Under the pieces are notes generated by a model. The model had not been told where the DNA came from and made no database searches. It worked only from the letters and a program-made list of their open reading frames with translations. Source: Nymphaea colorata (taxonomy: Eukaryota). From it: 64,000 bases of DNA. The translations under genes and the position numbers were made by a program. The stretch covers positions 24,738,001-24,802,000 of the forward strand of contig NC_045138.2 in assembly GCF_008831285.2 (NCBI RefSeq). Direction: 5' to 3'. Of this stretch, positions 47,801 to 61,895 are shown in pieces; positions within the stretch are counted from its first letter, which is position 1, and every line of letters begins with the position of its first letter.

Positions 47801-50800
47801 GAAGAGGAGGGTTCTATATGTCTCAATCTTCTTTACAGCCTCCCATAATTCACTGTTAGCAAAAATAACAACAGTTCCAGATTCAATTAATCATGTAAAA
47901 GTCTTCTATTTACCTTGTGATCCAACTAATGATAATTGAAGATCCAACCACAGCAGCATCCAGAATCCAGAAGCCAAAACGTCAAAACTAAAGTCAGTAA
48001 ACTGAAAGAATCGAAGAGGATGAGGATAATTTAGAAAGAAGCAACAAACTGGACAACAACTTAGCACTCTGCTCTCTTATTATACTAGCAGCATGAATGC
48101 AATCTAACCTTGAGGAGTAAAATCTTTAAGGGTTATATGGCACAACTCGTAGATGTTGCCAGTGATATTAGCTTTTTGCAACTGCATGCCAAGCAGGGCA
48201 GCACAATCAACAGCTTGCAAGTTTGTAATAAAACTTTGCCTTTGTAAATGAGAAATGTAGTTTGCCAATGTCTTGCAACAAGCAGTTTGGTTTCCAATCA
48301 CACCTCCACAGTCAATGGAAATGTTCTTGGTTGTGGGGAAAACCAGTGGACAAGCTGCATTCAGAAAGATGAAAGTAAAGAGATATATTAGAGGAGGAGA
48401 GCCAGCAGAAATAGCAGTCTGAAACATAAAATCTTAATTAGAACATAAGTTTATATCCTGTGTAAGAATAAATGCATAATTTCTACCAAAAGTGTAAATA
48501 TAAGCCCAATAATGTCCTTTCCTAGTTCACTCTTTCATTAACCAGCAAACAATAATTGTTACACAGGGATGTATTTGAGAGGCACAGACAGGTGTTGCAA
48601 GAGTGTGTCTGAGAGGCACATACAAGGTGTTAAGGACACCCCATCTAGCACCGGGTATTGACATCCCTCAGAATTCCTGAAAAACCCCCAAGGGAGCAGA
48701 AGAAATAATGGAGAAAAAACCCCTTAAAACGCGACTGAGTGTCACAGAAATTGAATCATATGCTTTGTTGTGTGCTGGCATGGTCGAGATGGAGTGTCCA
48801 ACTTTGAGGCATCCCATCCAACCATTTGAACATAGTAGAGAATATCTGCATTGACTTGTATGACATTGCATGAACGTTATCTAGTACAAATCCAACTAAA
48901 GATTTTTTGCATCTGTGGAGACGGATAACAATATACAACAATACAGGTTACAGGCAATGTCATGCTCAACCAAGATCCAGGTAGAGTCAATTTTCAACAA
49001 ATCCACTGAGAGAAAAAAGACTACTCGTACTGTCGTACAGAACATTCCATGGTCCATCAGTGATAAATAAGCTCGACCACTGACAACAGATACAGAAACA
49101 AATCATCCAAGGAAAAAGTTGTACGCCTAACCATCAAGTGAAATATCTATGAAATAAAATAATTTAGCTTCAAAGGGAATCGTGATATATAATCTTTCTG
49201 CATGCATGACAAACCCTTGCTGTGCTGCATATGCACCAAGGAGCTAGCAATGTTTTGATTATTTGTTCTAGTTTCGTAGAAACAGATTACTGACTGAATG
49301 ATTAGGGATATATTTTCCTTATTTACTTTTACTATTTTATACACTTTGTCCATCATATTATAAGCTTCCTTCACACATTTTGCTGTTCAGCATAAACAAT
49401 TTTCCTTCACATATGGTGTTCATTTTGAAGATCAAACAACTTGCAAACTTGTTCAGAGATTTCAGTATCAGGAATCAATCTCTCTTGGTTCTTTATAATC
49501 CAATGATGTAGCTAATTACTGAGGTAATTAAGGCACCCTTTCTATTGCTGAGCAAACCTTTAGTTTTACATCCAGTTCATGTTTTCAATTTTAGCCACAT
49601 CTCCCAGCTTTTCTCTATGTCTTTTCCTTGCCTGAAGCGATATGCCAGATTGTTCATACTTTAGCAGCTTCTAAAAATGATAACAAAGCAGTGAAACAGC
49701 TTCAAAAGAGAAATTGTTACCTGAAGCAGTCCTATGAATTTACTTTAAGTTTAAGCTTAAGACTTTTATGAATCTGGTAATTAAGATTGATAACCTTTTG
49801 TCATTTTACAAAAAAACAGTAAAACGTAATTTGAACAGTATATGAAAGGAGAGATGCCCCATATGGATAATGTTCAAGAAGCTCAGTATGGAAGAAAAAG
49901 TAGTTTTAGATACCTTTATTGACATTGCAATTGGATATACGCCTTAGAACTTGTTTTGCACCATCTGGATCCAAACGACTAGCTAACCATCTATACACAA
50001 CTCTCATGCAATCATCAATTGTAGTTGAATGTGGAGGAGAATTTGGTATCCCCATTGGATTAGAAAGAGAAGAATCTGACAAGGCAATTCTCCTTGCAGC
50101 CTCAGATACAGCACTCTGACACACCTGGCTGCAGCACTCCTTTACTGCATCAACCTTCTCACATGCAGCCAAAAGTTTAGACAGATCTACCGTGCTCTCA
50201 AACTCATTTACATCTGTAATTGGACAAGAACCTCCAGTAAGATTGGATGGACGTATGGCACATATTTTTTGGAGGTTTTCATTTGCACCCTGGCTTGTCA
50301 AGATCTTCTGCACATCTGATAGGCAGTAGTTTGCGTGTTTTGTTTCCAGAGCAAGCACACCAGAGGTTTTGCTAGATTGACCAATAAGAACTGTTAGAGT
50401 GGCCTGCAACTGAGGACAACAGATAACATTGGCAAGAAAAGGGGCAAATGATCCCCAGCAATCAACTGCAGTCACTGCTACCATATTTTCTGCCGCAGAA
50501 AAATTCAATGTACACATTCCTGCAAAAGCAATAAGTATGGAAATGAAAAAGTTAACACATTTTAACAAAATGTTCAGTGCTCGTTCAGCACTTTTATGAA
50601 TTAGGGGAAAAAAAAGTCATCACCAGATAATAATGGCACACTGCTATTTCCATATGGTGCCAAAGGTGATGGTGCCAGAAGGGGCATAAATGCACCAGAA
50701 GTACTGCTTGGTGAGGGCACAGGAGAAATGGCGCCATGCTTTTGCACCTTATTAACAGTATCTATCTGAGATGATCGAGACGTGTATCTTACAAGAAGAC

Positions 50801-52199
50801 TATAATTATGAAATACATCCCATGGTTTGCACTGTCCACAATATAAGCCTGAAAATTGGAAACATTGAACAGATTTAGGGTTACCTTAGCAAGCACATAA
50901 CCTCATGCAGGAGTTAGCAATTCCACCCTATAGGAATAGTAATATATCAAAACATATGCAGAAACAAGACAATTAGCTGTACCGCAAGGTAGCGACTAGG
51001 ATGATACTCCACAACCGAGAGATATAATAGCAAAAGCACAACAATAAAAAGATACCAAGTACCAATAGACCAGTCTCCTCCCATATCAGCTATATTACCA
51101 ACATCTTACATGTGAATTCATAGATGCATGAAAAGTAAAACAACACCTATGCTGGAAAATCACTTGAGAGAAACTTTTTGAATTAAGAGATTTCAAAATG
51201 CACAAGCAACACCAATGGTTAAGAGATGCACAGTAACTCGAAACATCTATAAGAGGGATATTGAAATTTTTCATTGACATCATTCTAAATGATCTTACAA
51301 GAAGATGGTGCGCATCAAAGCAACTAACAAATTTTTATGAGCTAAAGTTGTCTCCATTGCAGTTGTTGTCTCCACTGACGGGAGGCAATTTTCTAGCTAG
51401 CAACCTCCTGATGTTGATTTCTTCTCATATTCTTGTTTCAATAAGTAGGCAGCCAGTAGTTAGTTAATTACCCAACGAAAAGTGGAAGATCACCAATGGC
51501 TTACAGCTACGACTGCAACATGCCAGAGTGACCGAAGGTTCGCCATAGAAATGATGAATTAGCTACAACGAGGCCCGTATAAACATGCAATGTAGCAGCG
51601 ATTCATTTTATCTCCTCCTCTTAGAGACTTGAAATGTACAAACCTCAGGAAACTAACAAAAATAGAAGAAGAGAAACTGGTTCGAGAAATTCCTAGGATT
51701 TGTTTGTAGCAACTTACAACCTCTTAGTACAATCTCCCCTTTTCCATCCGAATATTTTTCAAGACAGTCAGATTAAAGAAATAGAAATGAAAATGAAATC
51801 CGGTCAAACGAAGCCGTAAAACTCATCACTCACAGGCCGAAATTCTGAGATCGAAGGCAATCCAAACAAAGGAACCAATTTTTTTGTCTCAAAAAAAAAA
51901 AGAAAGATCACCACTACAAACTGAAAGCAACCTCACCTCACAAATGCAACAAAAACGCCAAAACCTTTGCAAGACAAACTAAGGAAACCCCACCAACAGA
52001 CAACCGCCCCCTAGAACCCATAACCATTACTTCCACTGCCTCTATAAGGTCAACAACCACAAACTGAACCAAGGCCACCAATCACCAAGAACTCAATTTT
52101 TGAGGCACCCATTGTACAAAACAGTAACAGAAAATACTCACAGTTTAACAGGACCAGTGATTGGAGAAGCCTGAGTCCTAGAGAGAGACCTTCCCTCAT
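44853..52199 (-). CDS. Cysteine-rich GPI-anchored protein, At1g61900-like; exons ~52199-52142, 50848-50624, 50519-49914, 48354-48109, 46279-46160, 45675-45630, 44917-44853
   Basis: Signal-peptide-like start MREGLSLGLRLLQSLVLL, then PLLAPSPLAP, CTLNFSA, DCWGSFAPFLANVICCPQL, FITNLQAVDCA, GCLLPSLPSDATFD, FTCDLNDNIAAPWP, ITLPALP and a hydrophobic tail LLSLLLVLFAVLLAL*. Confidence 0.88.
45910..46010. repeat. ~51-bp tandem duplication in a GPI gene intron
   Basis: cctaactagtag.ctccttat.aacatgtac.ggaaagaag.caccgtata occurs twice; the paralogous intron (~37397) has one copy. Confidence 0.8.
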
Positions 52200-54024
52200 T
52201 TTCTTCTCCCTACCCACAACGGATCTCGGCGACAAGCATGCCAGTTAGCCCCCAGTCGCCTTTGCTACAGCGAGAGAGAGTTAAGGTGTGGACATCAGCC
52301 AGCACTGAGCCCGCAGCATTCGCTACACACGTGCCAGAACTAGTGAAGCCTCTGTCTTCATACGTGCCGAAACAGCCGTGAGTTCGCGAGAAATACATAA
52401 ATGAGCCAGCGATTCTGCCGGCGTGGCAAACACAAGTACACAACCAGCTCGGCGCCTGAAACGATGCAGTTTCGTTTGAGGACGAGTTCAATCGACTCAG
52501 CGACAGAGTGAACCAGGTGGGGCTTAGCTAGCTCAAAACGAGGTGCCTTTGCTCCTCTTTGGCCTCACCAAAACCTGAACATGTTCATCATATTGAAAGT
52601 TCGAGCATCATTTGTATGGAGTTAGAAGGATTGGAATTCTGTAGCTCTGAGCTAAGTTGGCTCATGTTCAAGTCCCACGTGTTCGTGGGTGTTACTGTGC
52701 TTCACACGAGCCGAGCATGCATTTTTCTTTATTGGGGAGTAGTTGAATGGCACCCAACCAATTTATGACACCGTCTACTTATGATACATGTCATTAATGA
52801 GTGGGGGAAGCATGGCCTGCCTTTGCCATCTTGAAGCCCGAATATTCCTTAATTTCATGTTCTGCACCCACGTTATAGAGAGAAAGATAAAGAGAAAGTT
52901 TCGTAAATCAAACAACTTCAATTAATTATGTAATGAGAGACTTACCTAGAGTAGTTAATTTTAATCTTCTTCACTCTTTAAAGGTGAGGGAGAAAGAGAG
53001 GGAGGGAGAGGAAGAATTCTATGCGCACAAATGTGGTGCATTGAAATGTCTACTCTTTTGTATTCCGTGCCTTATTGATAAGGAAGAGGGAGATGCTGAT
53101 TCCTATTGCTTTTACTTTGACATGAAAAACTAAAGACAATGTTAATCATGATTTTGCTCTCCCTCTCTCTCTCTCGTGAAAAGAATGAATCCTTCATTCA
53201 TGCCAGATTAGGTTTCTCGTATCTTGTTAGCTCCTCCTTCCAGTTTTTGTAAAGAACTGAGTTGAAAAGCACTTTTATTGGCTCTGAGGGACATAGCTTA
53301 AATGGGCGGCTGGAGTGGATTGTGTGACACTATTTCCAGTTCTCCCAAGGGTTTATGCCCATGACTGTCTGATTCAGATGCATCTCTAAACCATGAAGGC
53401 GAAGAGAAAGGGAGGCTTTGCTTTTCATTCAGGTGATGGAATTAATCGTCTTGCTCACCCGAAAAACACCTTTATTAAGGTCGAGGTATTATTTTATAGT
53501 CTTCATAGATATCAATCATCTCATAAAGAGATTCTAGCTTTCTTGGTGTATTATATGTATAGATGTCGACTCTCTCATAAAGAGATTCCATCATTTTTCT
53601 TTTTCCCTCTATGATTAGAGATGCTTGTATAATTTAAATTATCATAATCACACTCTATCACAGCACACCTTTAGTAAGTGGATCTGATCCTTTAAAACTA
53701 AAAGGGTTCCAAGCCCTAAAACTTAATCAAGAATCCTGAATAACTTATCTTCGCAGGTCCACATCATTGGCGAGGAAGACATTGACAAAGTTGCGGTAAT
53801 CAGGTAGCAAATCGATCCGGATTTATTTTGTCTTATCTAATCCTACATTTTATTTAGAAAACTTGGAGAAGGGACCAAGAACGTGTGGTCTTGTCTTTGT
53901 ACATGTATAAATTTTGGCTCCTAGTGGAAATGGTTTACATGTTACACCAATAATTTCCCCAACACAGGACGTTGACTTCTATGCACTCAGCGGCTTTGGA
54001 TAGAAGGCACACCATGTGAGTAAA

Positions 54025-54332
54025 CCTGAGCATTGCCCCTGGCCCGGCCCGCCCGATAAAGAGTCGGGCTTGGTTGGCTCGACACTCAAACTTAGGCCTG
54101 AGCTCGGTTCGACACTTAAAGCTTGAGCTTGAGTTTGGTGATTAAATAAAAAAAATTATTTTTAATATAAAAAGGTATATAAATATAATTGATCATAATA
54201 AAATATTATAATTATATATATAAATTAATAAAATATATATGAAAATTTTTTATGAGGCCCGAGCTCACCTGCCCGGTTCTTCTTTCTCATGCCTGAGCCC
54301 GGGCCCGAGTTGGGCGGGATACTGAGCACCCT
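54025..54332. mobile_element. Second, diverged member of the hAT-like MITE family seen at 15443
   Basis: Begins aaacctgagcattg (vs aaacctgggcattg), has GCCCG/CGGGC subterminal repeats and a similar AT core (aaatata.aatt.atcataataaa). Confidence 0.6.
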
Positions 54333-55715
54333 ATATATATATACATTAATATTTTTCATGATCATCCTCTTCATCCTAGAATTGGCAGGTCATAAAAAGG
54401 AAAAAGAGACTGTTAAGAAACAGTAGATAGAAAAACAATGAGAAATATGTTTTTTCTTTCATGTTTTTATTTCAACTGCTGATATGAAAAAGATCAGAGG
54501 CTGAAATTTTCTTATTCATCTAACAAGTGTATATCACATACAAATACACACGAATACGATGGTAAAAGCCTTTTTTGGATAATCACACCCTGGACAAGTT
54601 GTTTTTAGAGAAAAACTTATCCACAAAAGAAAAGTATGGAAACCAACAAATACGATCTTACAGAAGTTCCTGCCTTTATCATTGAATCATTTTTTTTTCA
54701 GATTACAAGTCAGTTCCTTGTGAAACTCAACACATTAAAGATACATCTTTAATGGCGATTTCTAAAAGGTGGAACCAGGAACCATATACTCGGTCACAAA
54801 AATGATAAGATGCAGGACTAATCAAACCTGGCCACCTGTTGTGGAAGCGTTGTGTTTGGTTTACCATCAGTGCTTTGGATGGGGCAGAAATCCACTTCTA
54901 GTAAAATTTTTTCTCCCTGATAATTTCATCTAGAAGACTTATCCCCTTCGTTTCCATGAGGTAGAATAGAAATAGAATACTATTGCCTCTCTGAGTGTCA
55001 ATTTTTTTTTACTCTTGAAAGGAAAATTTACCTTTAATTTCCTTGTCAACAAACACGGTTATGTTTTGCTCCTACCAAATTATGCAACCCATCAAATGAA
55101 TTTTTAGTTAAGTAGGGTAAATTTTGTGTCTTAGGTTGTTTAAATTTCAGGAATTAGTATCTACATATATATAAAAAAAATCAAAATAACTGATCGAGGA
55201 CGTCAAACATCTAAGACCATTGTATATCAGGTTATTTTGTGTTGGATTGGTTGAAATAAATTATCTAGTTTTTTTCTTGTTTGTGCTTCATGTTCTAAAA
55301 AAAAAAAGAAAAAGAAAAACTGAACACAAGGGTAAACCGAGCTTGTTAAAAACTCATGTAAGTTGTTAACTTGAATATAGATGAACATCTATGAAAGCTT
55401 TATGATTTTTTAAACAAAAGCATAGTATTTTTATACCACATATTTTGGAAGAACAAAATGTTATTGTCGAACACCTTCAATATAACCACGGCATGATTTG
55501 TATTTTTAGTGCTTAGAACATTTTTACTTTCGCCGTCTTCACAAGAAATCAAACTGTCTCTAAAAAGATCTTGGATGGTATGGAAACCAGTCAAGGGCAG
55601 ATTTTTCAATTCCAAATTTCAAAGTGCCCTCACAGGGTCGCCTTCTGAAATTAACATAAAAAATGAGGGGTTTAACGCAAGAACCCCTAGGGCAACATAA
55701 AACGTCCCGGTCATT

Positions 55716-55740
55716 TTAGGGTTTCCCACAAAAACCCTAA
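55716..55740. promoter_or_regulatory. Two telo-boxes (AAACCCTAA) in inverted orientation upstream of RPS16
   Basis: ttagggttt at 55716-55724 and aaaccctaa at 55732-55740. Telo-boxes are typical of plant ribosomal protein promoters. Confidence 0.75.
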
Positions 55741-55794
55741 CTGGCTTGAGAGGGAGCGAGGGAAAGAGAGAGAGGGAGAGAGAGAGAGGCCGCC

Positions 55795-56226
55795 ATGGCG
55801 ACGGTGCAATCCGTGCAGTGTTTCGGCAGGAAGAAGACGGCGGTGGCGGTGACGTACTGCAAGGCCGGGAGGGGACTGATCAAGATTAATGGCTGCCCGA
55901 TCGAGTTGGTGCAGCCGGAGATCCTCCGCTACAAGGCCTTCGAGCCCATCCTGTTGCTCGGTCGGGCCCGCTTCGCCAACGTCGACATGCGCATCCGCGT
56001 TAAGGGCGGAGGGCATACCTCACAGATCTACGCCATCCGCCAGAGCATCGCCAAGGCTCTGGTCGCCTACTACCAGAAATTCGTCGACGAGCAGTCCAAG
56101 AAGGAGATCAAGGATATCCTAGTCCGCTACGACCGAACCCTTCTTGTCGCCGACCCTCGCCGCTGCGAGCCCAAGAAGTTCGGCGGTCGTGGTGCCCGTG
56201 CCCGTTTCCAGAAGTCCTACCGTTGA
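55795..56226 (+). CDS. RPS16: 40S ribosomal protein S16 (uS9), intronless CDS, 143 aa
   Basis: [68 protein letters not shown]; gccgccATGG start context. Confidence 0.98.
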   Translation: MATVQSVQCFGRKKTAVAVTYCKAGRGLIKINGCPIELVQPEILRYKAFEPILLLGRARFANVDMRIRVKGGGHTSQIYAIRQSIAKALVAYYQKFVDEQSKKEIKDILVRYDRTLLVADPRRCEPKKFGGRGARARFQKSYR

Positions 56227-59200
56227 GTCGCCGATGCCCACTGGAGGGGGAATGAAAAGAGAGGGAACCGTATTTCTTCTTATTGCTCTTCTTTTGTCTT
56301 CGGTTTTCTTAGTTAAATCCGCCGTTCTATTGTGCAAACTCTAGTTTTGGTGAAGTGTGGTTTTTTCGTTTTTTTTGGACGCGTAGAGAAGGATAGCTCA
56401 GAGAGAGATGATATCCACTGTTTATTTTGATTTACATTTTTGTTAAACTATTGGGATTATCAAGACATAGTTTCCGTTCTTCATAAAGTATAGCAATTTT
56501 ATTTCCATTCGTCTCTTCTTCCCCCTGACCCCTATTTTATGCTATTTTATGGGAATTTTAGTAATTGTGCTTTGTACGTGGTGGAACCGTAACTCCAATT
56601 TCGGTTATTCATCGGCCGATCTGCTCTTCTTTAATTTTTGATTTTTGTGGCGAATTCGTGATTTGCTATCTACGTTTCTACATACGTAACACCAAATGGA
56701 TAAATCTGATTTTTGAATTTGGATGAATGTCTCATGGCCACTTTTTTGTGGATTACAGGAGTGAGATACAATTGCTTATTTTCCTGCTCTTGAGTTTAGA
56801 TAGATGTTCATGCATACTTTGTTGGCTTTCTTGCATAGATATATGGAAATACGCAAATTCCAATGTTTGTTTGTGTGGAAAGCGTATGTTTATTTAGGAA
56901 TCATGATTTTCTTTAAGGGCACCAGAATGTAATCTTATCGCAAGTGGTTGGTTCTTGGGCCCACACATGTGACATAGGTTAACAATTTAAAAAGTACAGG
57001 ATCCAGGTTTTTTATGTTTTTCATGCTTGGTGGTGCATCAAATGGTGTTTTTGTCCTTCCCTTTTGCTTATTTTGTGTCTGTAGCCTGTCAATACTATTT
57101 GAGATATAGTTCTCGTGTCTTTACATAATTACAGAACGCATGTAGTGATGTATGTGTTCAAGTTAGGTGATTGTTTCTGTTCTTCTGAAAGATCTACTTG
57201 AATGGTACTACGAGCTAGTGACAGATGGACTTCACTCCTTTTCTGTATTATGTTGTTAGGATTGCTAAGCAAAGTCCAGGCAATTTTCAGCACAGACCCT
57301 AGACTGGATTAGGTGCATTAAACTGCACAAAGGATTTAAGAAAAAATTTATAAAATGCATTACTGAATGTTAAAGTGTGAAAAAAATTGAAGCATGTTTC
57401 AATGAAAAACATATCATGGCCAATTTATAACAAAGCAACAATGCAACACAATTAGAAAGCATTGAGTAATTCTTTTCTTGTTGTACACCATTGTTTTGCT
57501 TATAGATCATACAAATATCTAATTCCAATTTCTATTAGCTGAAGACCTAGACTAAAATTTTAATTTCTCATTTACCAAATAAAGAAGGGATAAGACTGCA
57601 ACATTTTGATCACAACTTTATTTTATGTTTCTTCTTGATAAAGTGACAAACACATACTTATATCATAAAAAGGAATGAAGAATGAGAATCTACATAAAAA
57701 AACATGATTCATATGAACACATACATATAATACTAAATCACTTGTAAGTTGTAACATGAAAAACAATGAGGAGAAGAATATGTACATAAAACTGAAGAAA
57801 GTTTGTGCCTCAGGCAGCAGAAGAAGGAAGAAGAAGAAGAATAAATTAAGAAAATAAAAATCTCGGTTGTGCTAGTAAACAACAACTAGCCTAAGTGATC
57901 AGCCAAGCCTAAGGTTCTAGATGCAAGCCTAGACAGGATGATAATTAATGAGGTATGGCCAGTTATGCTAGAGAGTGAAGCTTACCGTTTTCTAAGAACT
58001 GGAATTAGCAATCAGTCTGATAATTTGGTGATTTTGTTTGTTTGGTTGTCTGGTGGACACTCACAGTGGAAGTTTATCCTATTTGAATATCTCAGTTGAT
58101 TCTGTATGTTCCTTTGAAATTGCTAATTCTAAAAATCTGAGTCCAACCAAAAGAAGTTGATCCATATTAGGTGCTCTGCATTGGTTTCGTTGAAAGTTTT
58201 CTTGCACTACGATGCATAATGCTGACGGTATATGCACCAGCTTATAAACACTCGAGCGTTTTAGGCTGTGGAATGGGTTGTACAACTTGTCAGTTATCGT
58301 TGGAATGACAAATTCCATGGTTTGCTATTCCTTTTGATCTCTTTGTGTCGGATGTTTCTTGGAATCTGTTGTTGAGTTAGTATCCTGAACCATGCTTTCA
58401 GTATCATCTTACCAGCTAGGTATCTTTTATTGTGTGGTTCTACTTGCTAGTTTTGGTGGATGAATTGATTAGGTGACTGATATAAACACCTCCTCTTGTA
58501 CAATGTTTATTTGGGGCCAGGTATTATACCTGGCCCAACCCATGGTGTTGTTTTGTTTGTTTTTTTTTCCTTTTTCTTTTTTCTTTTCTTTTCTTTGAGA
58601 GGGGGGGCGGGGGGTGGTGGTTGGGTGGGGTGGGCACCGTTGGTTCAGGCTTAAGTTGGGTATTTTCTACCGATCAGGAAGAGGTGTGAAATGGCCTTTT
58701 TTAAGAAAGAACCGCAGACAGGTTTGTTCTCTAGCAGAAGGGCACTGTTTTGTGATCAGGTTAGCATTGTGATTCTATCAACTAAAATTTTTGTGATTAT
58801 CATATTTGAGAGTGCTGATTGTAGGAGAGTGTAAGTTAAGTTAGTTACCTTTATAATTATAGCCTGTCAGGCGAATGAACTTTATGTAGTATGCTGAATC
58901 AAGTCTATATGTTGGCTGGCCTGGTCGGCAGAGAGTCTTGTAGTCGAAGGTGTTTTAATGTCATCATGTAGTTATGGAAGCAGGACGCTGAGTTGGCCCG
59001 TGACGTGTTACCAGTTAAGTGTGGGGTTTTGGCCCTTGGAAAAGCTCCATGCCCAGCGGAATTTGTCCACATCAGGAAACGGGCGATTTGATCGCTCATT
59101 TAGTTAAAAAGATGGGATGTTTTTAAAGTTTTAAGGGAACCTTTCATTGGTATGAATGGACGAATAGCTGAAAGTCGACGATGATAAGGGACGCTTTGAG

Positions 59201-61511
59201 AAGGCTGGAAGCATGCTGGCTTCTGTAATGACCTGTCCTTCTCTTAAGTGATTGACAAAATTTAGGTCATTGAAGATGGTTAAACAACATCGTAATCCCC
59301 TGGGTGATGGGACTCATCTTTTTTTTCTCCCCTTTTCTTTACATGCTGTTTCTGAAGTTACTTTCTTGTTCTCTTCCATCTTCTCCTGTTGTTTGGATCT
59401 GATTTTTGTTGGTTCCGCTTCTTGGTTTTTGGTTAGTCCAACGACGGGTTTGGTAGCAAAGGGGCATAACATTAAAACCGAGTATGCAGAGAATGGAAAC
59501 AAATCTGATGGGCTTTTTGGTTTTGACGTTGTTTTCTTTGTTCATGACGCTGAGATTCTTTGATCGAGTCTAACTCGTTGGCTTTAGGATACTGAATTTC
59601 TGCCGCCCCCACCTTTTTGTGTGATTTACGATAATCACTTCCTGCAAAGGCTCTGTAGTAGCTATCCTGTTGGGTGCCTTCAATCACACGTCTGAGTCTG
59701 CGCAGTAGTAACAAAGGTAGAGTGGTAGAAAATAATAAATTCGTTGTCGGAACGGATGTAAATTCTTTCAGACGTCGTCTCGCACCAGCCAGAACTCTGT
59801 TCACGAGCTAATTAATTGGGGTGGAAGGACCTTCTATCTGCCCCTTCAATCCTATCGCTTCTAGTGTAATTTAGCAAACCTTATTCGTTCATCATTTCTT
59901 TATTGAACAACTCTTTTGCTAATTTTTTATGATAAAATATATTAGAAATACAAAGTAGTTAAAAAAGGCGGAAGGGCAATAATTTAAAAAAAAAAATGGA
60001 AATAAGGAACTTTGCCTCACGGTCTCGCCCAAATGCAGGGCAATCTTCTGCTATTTCTTACTTCCATCATGTCTTTGGATGCCGGATGGAGTCCAATAAA
60101 TCGGGAGTTCTTTAAACATCATTATCTGCAAACCTTGCGGACCATATGCCTTCTTTCATCCCTCCAGTGGTTGTCCCATGGTTGAGAAGATGTTAGGGGA
60201 AAGTTTGCATGAATCGTTTGCAGTGTGTCATGTCCACCCAATATTTTCAGGCATCTTATGACTAAATTGAGGGCCAATGACATGGAAAGAGATGGATAAT
60301 CGTAGGCTGTTCCTTGTTTAAACTCTGGTTTAGGTTTGATAAGCCATTCGTTCTTACAACTAGGCGTAACCATGCCACCATCTGATTTGCAGGGATTCAT
60401 ACACCAGAAGATAAAGCTGCTCTACTTATTCTGATGACTTGTTCAGAAGGCGGAAACCTGACGGATCAACTTCATTAATGGTTACTACCAATGTTGGTGG
60501 CAGAATCTTGCAAATAAATGCGAGCAGTGCTTCGCAGTAGCTGAGATCTGGCTGGGTATTGATTGGCTCTAAATTCACTTAGACGGAGCAGAGTCCATCA
60601 ACACATTCAAGACCAGAAATGTATCGTACTGTAGTTTCCTCAGGGTCTTCATTAACAATCGGATGGATTCGGGAAACAAAAACTAGGAAAAACAAATTGG
60701 ATGTAAAGCAACAGCAAAATTAAGAAGAAAAAAAAAGTATGCGTGATTAGATCGCAATTTAACGGTTTAGTAAAAATTTACATAGATCAAAACTAGATTG
60801 CATGGTCATTTCAGCTTATTTGGGAATACAGGTAATATCTGAAAATTTATAAAGCTTTTAATGTTTTTACCATCGTGTTTCTTATTTCAGAACTGGAATA
60901 GATCTCTTTTCTGTGGCCAGAATTATGAAAAAGGCCCATGTGGAATTTGATTTGGGGGGCATTTGACGGCCTTGACTTTTGATTCTAGAATTAAAATTAT
61001 AGAGACAAAATTCTAGTTTATTTTGTACTTGATTGTATAGAATTTTGCTTCCAGAAAATGATGTGTTTGACAAAACAGGAATTAAAATTCTAGAATTTGA
61101 TGAATTAAAACCATCATGGCATCTGTCCTAGAAAAAAATTCTAAAAATCTGGAATCATAATTTCACCCCCTGAGGTATAATCACAATTTGAGAACTTTTA
61201 ATTGAAGAATGAGCCTCTAATTTTGGAATTAAAATTCTTGGTTTGATAACGTAAAATCCCATTTCATAAAAGAACGAGAATTTTAATTTTAGAGTTCCTG
61301 TTCCACAATTCAAAGAGCGAGAGATGGAGTGATCATGTCTTCTTCATCTACGAAACAGAAGGAAAACCTTCAAGAAGTTACACAGTTCAATAAATAAATG
61401 AAATATCAGGGAAGAGGTTCCCGCTGTACAATATGCTGCATTACAGGAACATCGAAAACCGGCGTTCATGGTCACCCTGACCATTCTTCGCTCGCCGCCA
61501 CCACCATCTTT

Positions 61512-61895
61512 TCAAGCCTCCTCCGGGATACTCTGCAGCACCGGCTGCCAGTGCCGGCGCTGCTCCAGATGGTTCTCCTCGATCCCTAAGCTGGTGACCT
61601 TCTCTAAAAACTCCTCGATCGATAGCCCCTCCATTCCCACCACGCTCACCAGCTCCACCAGCTGTTTCTTCGTCATCCTTATCTTGACCTCTCCGTGCAT
61701 CGTCGCCTTCTTCCCATTAATCCCTCCTCCATCTCCCTCCTCAACCATCTTCTCCGTTCGTCTGCCGGCCGCGCTCCCGGTACGCATAGGCTGCCTTGAC
61801 ATCATTGTAAGGCCATTTTCAAACTCCTTGTCGCCACCATCATCATCATCTGTGCTCCAAGAGCTTGAGGATTGGATCTTCAGACAGTTGCCCAT
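61512..61895 (-). CDS. Small plant protein related to DUF4228/PADRE-type families, single exon, 127 aa
   Basis: MGNC start, EVKIRMTKKQLVEL core and C-terminal HWQPVLQSIPE motif. Confidence 0.8.
   Translation of the reverse strand: MGNCLKIQSSSSWSTDDDDGGDKEFENGLTMMSRQPMRTGSAAGRRTEKMVEEGDGGGINGKKATMHGEVKIRMTKKQLVELVSVVGMEGLSIEEFLEKVTSLGIEENHLEQRRHWQPVLQSIPEEA

Noticed and set aside
58880..60600. Moderately GC-rich intergenic stretch with several short ORFs; considered miRNA, snoRNA or organellar insertion
   Set aside because: I recognised no conserved miRNA, convincing C/D box pair or protein motif. A BLAST or Rfam search would be needed.
60870..61310. Recurring gaattaaaattc motifs suggesting a MITE remnant
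   Set aside because: No matching pair of termini or TSD could be defined.
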